This document shows positions 52,965 to 64,000 of a stretch of DNA of 64,000 nucleotides, in pieces. The notes under the pieces were generated by a model that was not told where the DNA came from, did not search any database, and saw only the letters and a list, made by a program, of their open reading frames with translations. Each line of letters begins with the position of its first letter. The stretch's first letter is position 1. Origin of the DNA: the human T2T-CHM13v2.0 reference genome, Homo sapiens. The DNA lies in assembly GCF_009914755.1 (NCBI RefSeq), contig NC_060927.1; one strand, written 5' to 3'. The position numbers and the translations under genes are program-made.

Positions 52965-55200
52965 TTATCTGTTGTTTTTTTCCTTTTTAATACTAGCCAT
53001 TCTGACTGGTGTGAGATGGTATCTCATTGTCATTTTGATTTGCAGTCTCTCTGATGATGACTTATGTTGAGCATTTTTTAACATTTGTTGGCCACTTGTA
53101 TGTCCTCTTTTGAGAAGTGTTGGTTCATGTCTTTTGCCTACTTTTTGATGTTTTTTTTTCTTGTTGGTTTGTTTAAATTCCTTATATATTCTGGGTATTA
53201 GTCCTTCGTTAGATGCATAGTTTACAAATATTTTCTCCCATTCTGTTGGTGTCTGTTTACTCTGCTGATAGTTTCTTTTGCTGTGTGGAAGCTCTTTAGT
53301 TTAATCAGGTCTCACTTGTCAATTTTTGTTTTTGTTTCATTTGCTTTTAAGGTCATCATAATTTTTTTTGCCTAAGCCAATGTCTGGAAGAATATTTCCT
53401 AGATTTTCTCCTAGAATTTTTGTAGTTTGAGGTTTTACATTTAAGTCTTTAATCTATTTTGAATTAATTTTTGTATATGGTAAATGGTCCAGTTTCATTC
53501 TTCTGCGTATGGTTAGCCAGTTTTCCCAGCACCATTTATTGAATAGGGTGTCCTTCCTCATTGCTTAGTTTTGTTGACTTTGTTGAATACGAGTTTGTTG
53601 TAAGTGTGCAGCTTTATTTCAGGGGTCTCTATTCTCTTCCATTGGTCTATGTGTCTATTTTTGTAGCAGTACCATGCTGTTTTGCTTACTGTGGCCTTGT
53701 ATATCATTTGAAGTTGGGTAATGTGGTGCTTCTGGCTTTGGTTTTTTTTTTTTTTTTTTGCTTAGGATTGCTTTGGACTCTATATGAATTTTAGAATAGT
53801 TTTTTTCTAATTCTGTGAAAAATGACATTGGTAGTTTGACAGGAACAGCATTAAATCTTGCAGATTGCTTTGGGCAATATTGGCATTTTAATAATACTGA
53901 TTCTTCCAACCCATGACCATAGGATGCTTTTCCATTTGTTTCCATTTGTGTAATCTATAATTTCTTTTAGCAGTGTTTTGTAGTCCTCCTCATAGAGATC
54001 TTTCACCTCCTTAGTTAGATGTATTCCTAGATATTTTATTTTATTTTTGTGTGTGGCTATTGTAAATGGAATTGCATTCTTGCTTTGGTTCTCAGCTTGA
54101 GTGTTATTAATGTATAGAAATGCTACTGATTTTTGCACATTGATTTTGTATCCTGAGACTTTGCTGAAGTCATTTATCAGGTCTAGGAGCTTTTTGGCAG
54201 ACTATGGGGTTTTCTAGGTATCAAATCATACTGTCAGTGAAGAGAAATGACTTTCTATTTTTCTATTTGGATGCCTTTTATTTCTTTCTCTTGCCTGATT
54301 GCTCTGGCTAGGACTTCTAGTACTATAATATGTTTAATAGAAGTTGTGAGAGTGGGCATTCTTGTCTTGTTCCAGTTCTTAAAGGGAATGCTTCCAGCTT
54401 TTGCCCATTCAGTATAATGTTGGCTGTGAGGTTGTCATAGATAGTTCTTATTATTTTGAGGTATGTTCCTTTGATGTCTAGGTTGTTGAGGGTTTTTTAA
54501 CATGAAGGGATATTGGATTTTATCAAATGCTTTTTCAGAATCTATTAATACAATAGTATGTTTTGTGTTTTTAAATCTGTTTATGTGGTTAATCACATTG
54601 ATTTGCATATGTTGAACCAACCTGGCATCCCAGGAATAAAGCCCACTTGATCATGGTAAGTTAACTTTTTGATGTGCTGCTGTATTTAGTTTGCTAGTAT
54701 TTTGTTAAGGATTTTTGTGTCTTTGTTCATCAGGAATATTGGACTGTAGTTTTCTTTTTTGTTGTTGTTGTGTCTTTGTCAGATTTTGGTATCAGGATGA
54801 TACTGGTTTCATAGAATGAGTTAGGGAGGAGTCCCTCCTCAATTTTTTGAGAATAGATTCAGTAGGACTGGTACCAGGTCTTCATTGTATGTCTGGTAAA
54901 ATTTGGCTATTAGTCCATCTGCTCCAGGGCTTTTTTGGTTGGTAGGCATTTTTATAACGGATTCAATTTTGTTACTCTTCATTAGTCTATTTAGAATTTC
55001 TGTTTCTTCCTGGTTTGATCTTTGGAGGTTGTGTTTCCAGGAATTTATCCATTTCCTGTGGATTATCTGTGCATATAGAGATGTTCATAATAGTCTCTGA
55101 AGATCTTTTGTATTTCTGTGGGATTGGTTGTGATGTCATCTTTATTATTTCTGATTGTGTTTATTGGATCTTCTCTCTTTTTTCTTTGTTAATCTAGCTG
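52965..55200 (-). mobile_element. L1 (late L1PA/L1PB) ORF2 fragment
   Basis: Translations [15 protein letters not shown] and [15 protein letters not shown]; 3'UTR absent. Confidence 0.92.
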
Positions 55201-55210
55201 GATCACTAAA

Positions 55211-55398
55211 TCTCTACTAAAACTATAAAAATTAGCTGGGCATGGTGGTGGGTGCCTGTAATCCCAGCTACTCGGGAGGCTGAGGTGGAAAATCACCTGA
55301 ACCTACTAGGTGGAGGCCGCAGTGAGCCGAGATCATGCCATTGCACTCCAGCCTGGGCGACTAGAGTGAAACTGTCTCAAAAAAAAAAAAAAAAAAAA
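55211..55398 (+). mobile_element. 5'-truncated Alu (linker plus right monomer)
   Basis: tctctactaaaa...ttagctgggcatgg...gtctcaaaa. Confidence 0.92.
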
Positions 55399-55499
55399 TT
55401 GAATTGAGATGCCAAGATTCATTCATTCATCCATTTATCTATTATGAATTTACTGAGCACAGAAGCACCATGTTAGGGGTGAAACCATCTGTAATGATT

Positions 55500-55700
55500 C
55501 TGTGGTTCGCTGATGGCAGATAGTTGTCCACCAAGGATTTGTTCTCTCCTTCCATATAGTAGAGTGGTTTCTGGTAGGTTGCTGCCAAGTCAGGGACCAC
55601 ATGTGCCTCCCCCTTGTATCTTGTAAAGTGGGGTATGATATTGTGAGTCCTCATCAATACAATGTGAGCAGAAGTGAAGTGTCCTGGCCAAGACTTTAAA
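55500..55700 (+). mobile_element. MLT1 LTR 5' fragment
   Basis: tcctcatcaatacaatgtgagcagaagtga. Confidence 0.55.
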
Positions 55701-56263
55701 AAAAAAAGTGTTTTAGAGCAGTTTTAGAGTCAGGCAAAATTGAGAGGGAGGTACGGAGATTTCCCATATACACCATGCTCCTCCATACACAGCCTCCTCT
55801 GCTATCAACATCCACCACCAGAAGGGTAAATTTGTTACAACTGATGAACCCACAATAACAATTGTTATCACCCAAAGTCCACAGTTTACATTAGGATTCA
55901 CTATTGGTGTTGTACATTCTATGGGTTTTGACAAATGTGTAATGACATTATCTGTCATTATCATATCATACAGAGTAGTTTAACAACCCTAAAATTCCTC
56001 TGTACATCACCTATTCATCCTTCCCTCCCCTTAGCCCCTAGGAACCACTGATCCTTTTACTGTCTTCATAGTTTTGACTTTTCCAGAATGTTACAAATTT
56101 GGAATCATATGATATGCAGCCTTTTCAGATTGGGTTTCTTTCACTTAACTATGCTTTTTAGTTTCCTCCATGTTTCTTCATAGCTTGATAGCTCATTTCT
56201 TTTTTGCTCTCAGTAATAGTCTATTGTCTGGATGTATCACCATTTATTTATCCATTCATTTAC

Positions 56264-58559
56264 TGTATTAGTACATTCTCATGCTGCTGATAAAGACATA
56301 CCTGAGACTGGGAAGAAAAAGAGGTTTAATGGACTTACAGTTCACATGGCTGGGGAGGCCTCCCAATCATGGTGGAAGGCAAGGAGGAGCAAGTCACATC
56401 TTACATAGATGACAAGCAGGTAAAGAGAGAGCTTGTGCAGGGAAACTCCTGTTTTCAAATCCATCAGATCTCGTGAGACTCATTCACTATCCTGAGAACA
56501 GTGCAAGAAAGACCCACCCCCATAATTCAGTCACCTTCCACTGGGTTCCTCCCACAACATGTAGGAATTGTGGGAGTTACAATTCAAGATGAGATTTAGG
56601 TGAGGACACAGCCGAACTATATCATCCCCCCCTTAGCTCCTCCCAAATCTCATGTCCTTACATTTCAAAACCAATCATTCCTTCCTAACAGTTCCCCAAA
56701 GCTTTAAGTCATTTCAGCATTAATTCAAAAGTCCACAGTTCATCATCTCATCTGAGACAAGGCAAGTCCCTTCCACCTATGAGCTTGTAAAATCAAAAGC
56801 AAGTTAGTTACTTCCTAGATATAATGGGGGTAGCGGCATTGGGTAAATACAGTCATTCCAAATAGGAGAAATTGGCCAAAACAAAGGGGCTACAGGCCCC
56901 ATGCAAGTCCAAAATCCATTGGGGCAGTCAAATCTTAAAGCTCCAAAATGATCTCCTTTGACTCCATGTCTCATATCCAGGTCACACTGATGTAAGAGGT
57001 AGGTTCCCATGGTCTTGGGCAGCTCCACCCCTGTGGCTTTGCAGGGTACAGCCTCCCTTCCAGCTGCTTTCATGGGCTGGTGTTGAGTGTCTGCGGCTAT
57101 TCCAGGTGCATGGTGCAAGCTGTCAGTGGATCTACCATCTAGGGCCTGGAGGACAGTGGTCCTCCTCTCACAGCTCCACTAGGCAGTGCCCCAATAGGGA
57201 CTCCGTGTGGGGGCTCCAACCCCACATTTCCCTTCCACACTGCTTTAGCAGAGGTTCTCCATGAGAGCCCTACCCCTGCAGCAAACTTCTGCCTGGACAT
57301 TCAGGTGTTTCCATACATCCTCTGAAATCTAGGCAGAGATTCCCAAACCTCAATTCTTGACTTTTGTGCACTCATAGGCTCAACACCATGTGGAAGTTGC
57401 CAAGGCTTGAGGCTTGCACCCTCTGAAGCCACGGCCCTGAGCTCTACATTGGCCCCTTTCAGCCATAGCTGGAGTGGCTGGGACGCAGTGATCCAAGTCC
57501 CTAGACTGCACACAGCACGTGGACCCTGGGCCTGGCCCACAGAACCACTTTTTCCTCCTAGGCCTCTGGGCCTGTGATGGGAGGGGCTGCTGTGAAGACG
57601 TCTGACATGCCCTACAGACATTTTACCCATTGTCTTGGGGATTAACATTTAGCTCCTCGTTACTTATGCAAATTTCTGCAGCTGGCTTGAATTTCTCCTC
57701 AGAAAATGGGATTTTCTTTTCTATCATATTATCAGGCTGCAAATTTTCCGAACTTGTATGCTCTGCTTCCCTTATAAAACTTAATGCCTTTAACAGCACC
57801 CAAGTCACCTCTTGAATGCTTTGCTGCTTAACAATTTCTTCCACCAGATACCCTAAATCATCTCTCTCAAGTTCAAAGTTCCACAAATCTCTAGGGCAGG
57901 GGAAAAATGCATCAGTCTTTTTGCTAAAACAACAAGAGTCACCTTAGCTCCAGTTCCCAAGTTTCTCTTTCCATCTTAGACCATCTCAACCAATACTTTA
58001 TTGTCCATATCGCTATCAGCATTTTTGTGAATGCCATTCAACAAGTCTCTAGGAGGTTCCAAGCTTTCCCACATTTTCCTGTCTTCTTCTGAGCCCTCCA
58101 AACTGTTCCAACCCCTGCCTGTTACCCAGTTCCAAAGTTGCTTCCACATTTTCAGGTATCTACAGCAGTGCCCCACTCTACTGTTACCAATTTACTGTAT
58201 TGGTCTGTTTTCATGCTGCTGATAAAGGCATACCTGAGACTGAAAAGAAAAAGAGGTTTAATGGACTTACAGTTTCACATGGCTGGGGAGGCTTCACAAT
58301 CATGGCAGAAGGCAAGGAGGAGCAAGTCACATCTTACATGGATGGCAGGCAGGCAAAGAGAGATCTTTTGCAGGGAAACTCCCATTTTTAAAACCATCAC
58401 ATCTCATGAGACTCTTTCACTATCACAAGAACAGTGTAGGAAAGACCCACTCCCATAATTCAATCACCTCCCACCAGGTTCCCCCCATGACACATGGGAA
58501 TTGTGGCAGTTACAATTCAAGATGAGATTTGGGTGAGGACACAGAGCCAAACCATATCA
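56264..58559 (-). mobile_element. Two-LTR THE1 (THE1A/B) MaLR element: LTR 56264-56624, internal 56625-58195, LTR 58196-58559
   Basis: Two direct LTRs about 360 bp each; about 1.57-kb THE1-int; degenerate TSD tttac / catac. Confidence 0.95.
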
Positions 58560-58981
58560 CATACTGAAAGACATCTTGGTTGCTTCCAGGTTTTAGCAAT
58601 TATGAGTAAAACTCTATAAACATCCATGTGCAGGGTTTTGCAGGAATGTAAGTTTCAACTCTTTTGGGTAAATACCAAGGAGTGCAATTGCCGGATCTTA
58701 TTGTAAGAGTATGTTTAGTTTTGTCTTCCAAAGTAGCTGTGTTTATTTTGCATTCCTACCACAATCAATGAGAGTTCCTGTTGTTCCACATCTTCACCAG
58801 TAGTTGGTGTTGTCAGTGTTCTGGATTTTGCTCAAATAGGTATGTAGCAGTATTTCATTTTTCTTTTAATTTGTGTTTCTCTGATGACATATAATATGGA
58901 GCATCTTTTCATATGCTTAATTTGTCATTAGTATATCTTCTTTGGTGAAGTGTCTGCTGAGGTCTTTGGTTCATTTTTTAA

Positions 58982-59305
<324 letters not shown>

Positions 59306-60088
59306 TAAAAAAAAAGTCATTGAATTTTCTAATTCCTTGAATAGTTTAGATGACAGTCCTTTATCAGATACATCTTTTGCAGATTTTTTTCCAGTCTGTG
59401 GGAGAAAATATATCTTTCTTCTCAAGCCTGTGGCTTGATTTCTATTTCTCTTGACAATGTCTTTCACAGAGCAGAAACATTTAATTTTACTGAATACTAG
59501 TTTGTTCTTTCTTTTGTGTGTCGTGCCTTTGATGTTGTATCTAAAAAGTCATTGCCATACCCAAGGTCATCTAAGTGTTCTCCTATATCATCTGCCCACT
59601 TTTTCTAGCACCATTTGTTGAAAATAGTATTTTTGCTCAATTATATTTCCTTTGCTCCTCTGTCAAAGATCAATTGACTATATCTATATGAGTCTTTCTG
59701 GGCTCTCTATTCTGTTCCATTGATTTATATGTCTATTCTTTCACCAATACCACACTGTCTTGATTACTGTAGCTTTATAGTAAGTCTTAAAGTTGGATAT
59801 TGTCAGTCCTCTGATGTTGTTCTTCTCCTTCATTATTGTATTGATGATTCTGGGTCTTTTGCTTCTCCATATAAACTTTCTAATCAGTTTGTCTACATCT
59901 ATAAAATAACTTGCTGGGGTTTTGACAGGGCTTGGATTGAATCTATAGATCAATTTGGGAAGAATTGACATCTTGACAATATCGAGTCTTCCTATCCGTG
60001 ATCATGGAATATCTCTCCATTTATTTAGTTTTTCTTTGATTTCTTTTATCAGAGTTATGTAGTTTTTCTCATTTATATCTTCTACATA

Positions 60089-60550
60089 CCGATATCCCCA
60101 ACTTATGATGGTTTGACCTACAATTTTTCAACTTTATAATGGTGAGAAAATGGTACACACTCAACAGAAGCTGTACTTCAAATTTTGAATTTTGATCTTT
60201 CCTTGGATTAGTGATATGACATTCTGTTTCAGTGCTCCACAGTGCAGTGGCTTGCAGTCAGCCACATGATCACCAGGGTGAACAACTGATACAATCATTC
60301 TGCTTTTCACTTTCAGTATGGTAGTCAATAAATTACATGAGATATTTAACACTTTATTATAAAATAGGGTTTGTATTAGATAATTTTGCCCAACTATAGG
60401 CTAGTGTAAGTATTCTGAGCACATTTAGGGTAGGCTAGGCTAAGCTATGATGTTTGGTAGGTTAGATTAAATGCACTTTCAACTTACGATATTTTCAACT
60501 TAGGTTGGAGTTGTCAGAACATAAACTCATTCTAAGTCAAGAAGCATCTG
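60089..60550 (-). mobile_element. MER47/Tigger5-derived element
   Basis: gtaggctaggctaagctatgatgtttggtaggttag...gcatctg; TA on both flanks. Confidence 0.85.
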
Positions 60551-61627
60551 TACTTTGTAAGATTTATAACTAAGTGCTTCATTTTCTGGAAAGCTAATGT
60601 AAATGTTATTGTGTTTTAGTTTTAAATTTTGCTTGTTCATTGCTGGTGTACAGGAAAATGATTGACTTTGGTATATTAACTTTGTCTCTTGCAAACCTTG
60701 CTATAATCACTTAATATTTCCAGGAGTTTTTTAAGATTCTTTCAGATTTTCTACATAGATGATTATGTCATCTGTGAACAAAGACAGTTTTAATTTTTTC
60801 TTCCTAATAAGTATACCTTTCCTTATTGCATTAGCTAATATTTCCAGTACAATGTTGAAAAGAAGTTGTAAGAGGGAACATCCTTGATTGTTTCTGTTCT
60901 TAGCAGGAAAGCTTGGAGTTTCTTACCATTAAGTATAATGTTAACTGTTTTCTATAGATGTTCTTTATCAGTTTGAGGAAATTTCCCTCTATTCTTAGTT
61001 TGCTGAGAGTTTTGTTTTTTTTAAATGATCAATGGGTGTTACATTTTGTCAAGTGCTTTTTCTACAGCTATTATTATGATCATGTAATTTTTCTTCTTTA
61101 GCCTCTTGATATGATGGTTTACATAATTTGATATTTGAATATTGAACCAGCCTTGCATACCTGGGATAGATCCCACTTAGTTGTGGTATATAATTCTTTT
61201 TATACATTGTTGGTTCAATTTGCCAATATTTTGTTGAGGATTTATGCATCTATGTTCATGAAGGATATTGGTCTGTAGTTTTCTTTTCTTCAAACACATT
61301 TGTTTGGTTTTGGTATTAGGGTACTGGTGGCCTCATGGAATGAGTTAGGAAGTATTTCCTCTGCTTCTATCATCTGAAAGAGAATTGGTGTGATTTCTTC
61401 TTTGAATGTTTGGTAGAATTTACCAGTGGACCCACCTGAGCCTGCTTGGTGCTTTCTGTTTTAGAATGTTGTTAATTATCTATTCCATTTTTTTTCATAG
61501 ATGTAGGCCTATTCAGACTGTTGATTTCTTCATGTGTGAGTTTTGGCACATTGTGTCTTTCAAGGAATTGGTCCATTTCATCAAGGTGATCAAATTTGTG
61601 GACATATCATTGCTCATAATATTCTTG

Positions 61628-61909
61628 TTTTTTTTTTTTTTTTTTTTTTTTTTGAGGCAGGGTCTGGCTCTGTCATTGAGGCTGGAGTGCAGTGGTATGA
61701 TCAAAGCTCAAGCAATCTTTCTACCTCACCCTCCTGAGTAGCTGGGACTACATGTGTGTGCCGCTATGTCTGGCTAATTTTTAATTTTTTTGTAGAGATG
61801 GAGTCTCACTAGGTTGCCCAGGCTGTTCTCCAACTCCTGGGCTCAAGCAATCCTCTTTCCTTGGCCTCTCAAAGTGCTGGCATTACAGGTGTGAGCCACT
61901 ATGCTTGCC
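61628..61909 (-). mobile_element. AluJ with a small internal deletion
   Basis: J-type dimer, long T tract. Confidence 0.92.
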
Positions 61910-62740
61910 CTTGTATTATTCTTTTAATGTCTGTAGGTTCTTCAGTAATATTCCCTCTTTCATTTATGATATTAGTAATTTGTGTCCTCTTTTTTCTTAG
62001 CCTGGCTAGAGAATTATTGATTTCATTGATGTATTCTAAGAACCAGCTTTTGTTTTTTTTTAATTCTCTATCGATTTCCTGTTTTCAATTTCATTGATCT
62101 CTCTTCTAATTTTTGTCATTTCTTTTCCTTTGTTTACTTTGGAATTAATTTGCTCTTTTTCTAGTTTTCTGAGAGGAAACAAATTTTCATACATTGTATT
62201 AGTCAAAATATTTAAAACTATCTCCTCAGACATCTTCTTGACCCATGTGTTATTCAGAAGTGTGTTGTTCAATCTCCAAATATGTTGGGATTTTTCAGCT
62301 ATCTTTCTGTTATTGATTTCCAGTTTAATTCCATTGTGGTCTGAGAGTACACATCATATGATTTTTATTCTTTTAAATTTGTTAAGTTGTGTTTGATGGC
62401 CTTGAATGCAGTCTACTTTGATGAATGTTCCATGCAAGTTTGAGAACACTGTGTATTCTGCTGCTGTTGAATAAAATAGCTTATAGATGTTCGTTATATC
62501 CAGTTGATTGATGGTGTTACATTCAATTATGTTCTTACTGATATTCTGCCTGCTAGATCTGTTTATTTATGATAGAGGGGTGTTGTAGTCTCCAATTATG
62601 ATAGTGGATTCATTTATTTCTCCTTGTATATATATATTTGCATCTGATATATTCATGCAGTGTTATTAGGTACATACACATTAAGGATTGTTATGTTTTC
62701 TTGAAGAATTGACCCATTTATCATTATGTGATGCTGCTTC

Positions 62741-63049
62741 TTTTTTTTTTTTTTTTTTGAGACTGAGTCTTGCTCTGTCACCCAGGCTGGAGTGCAGTGG
62801 CACTATCTCGGCTCACTGAAAGCTCTCCCTCCCAGGTTCACACCATTCTCCTGCCTCAGCCTCCCTCAGCCTCCCGAGTAGCTGGAACTACAGGCGCCCA
62901 CCACCACGCCCAGCTAATTTTTTGTATTTTTAGTAGAGATGGGGTTTTACCGTGTTAGCCAGGATGGTCTGGATCTCCTGATTTTGTGATCCGCCTGTCT
63001 CAGACTCCCACAGTGCTGGGATTACAGGCGTGAGTCATCGTGCCTGGCC
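62741..63049 (-). mobile_element. AluY with a 10-nt internal tandem duplication
   Basis: cctcagcctc twice; TSD tgtgatgct. Confidence 0.95.
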
Positions 63050-64000
63050 TGTGTGATGCTTCTTTTTATCTCTGATAACTTCTCTTACTCTGAAGAGTAT
63101 TCTGTATGAAATTAATATAAGTATGCCTACTTTTTTTGGATTAGTGTTAGCATAGTATAGCTTTCTCCATCCCTTCACTTTTCATCTACATGTGTCTTTA
63201 TAGTTAAAATAGATTTCTTGTACACAATGTATAGTTGGGTTTCTTGTTTTTGATCCACGGTTGCAATTCTTGTATATTAATTGGTGTACTTAGACAACTG
63301 AGGTTTACAGTGATTATTATTATAGTTGGATTCATATCTACCATATTAATTACTGTTTTCTACTTGTTGCCATTGTCCTTTGTTCCTATTTTTGTCTTCT
63401 ACTCTTTTTGTCCCTTTTTTTCATTTTATAGGAGTCTACTTTCTCTCCTTTCTTAGTGTATCTGTTATACTTTTTGTTTTAGTGGTTGCTCTAGAGTTTA
63501 TAATGTACATTTACAGCTAATCCAAGTCTACTTTTATAAAATACAATACCATTTCATGGATAGTGGGAGTATCTTATAATAATAAAACAATTCCAATTCC
63601 TCTTTTTGTTTCTTATGTCATTGCTGTCATTTATTTTATTTATACATGAACATACATAAATGCACACACATGCACACAAATATACAGCATACAATCAAAT
63701 ACATAGTTGCTATTATTATTCTCAACAAACTGTTGTCTGTTAGATCAATTAATAATTTTTTTAAAAAGATTTTATTTTACCTACACTTGTTCCTTCTTAG
63801 ATACTCTTCCTTTCTTTAAGAAGTTCCAAGTTTCCTACCTATGTAATTTACTTCTCTCTGAAGAACTTCTTTTAACAGTTCTTGCAAAGCAGATCTAATG
63901 GCAACAGATTCTCTCAGCGTTTTTTTGTCTGAGAAAGTCCTTATTTCTCCTTCACGTTTGAAGGATAGTTTTGCAGGGTGCAGAATTTTAGGTTGGTAGT

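Overview
Primate (almost certainly human or great-ape) intergenic or intronic DNA, AT-rich and dominated by interspersed repeats. It holds about 25 Alu/FLAM copies, L1 (L1PB1, L1MA, L1MB3, L1MC, L1ME), L2, MIR, MaLR/ERV LTRs (a two-LTR THE1 element, THE1C, MLT1, MLT2, MST, LTR12, LTR16, LTR18, LTR33) and DNA-transposon fossils (Tigger1, MER5, MER8, MER33, MER47, MER53, MER63, MER96). No intact protein-coding gene is supportable; the long ORFs I examined are repeat-derived or chance. I find no convincing novel multi-gene system. The best leads are: (1) three strong + strand exon candidates (8672-8760, 15949-16020, 18004 onward) that splice into one continuous reading frame; (2) two locally templated insertions, one a 138-bp copy of nearby L2 DNA in the middle of an Alu; (3) an unidentified processed retrocopy at about 29.4-29.8 kb; (4) a four-level nest of elements ending in an NF-Y-rich LTR12; (5) a rearranged MER53 with a near-exact miR-1302 sequence; (6) a CCAAT/GC/TATA promoter-like island at about 52 kb. 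Repeat subfamily names come from my recall of consensus sequences, not from a search, and boundaries of old elements are approximate.
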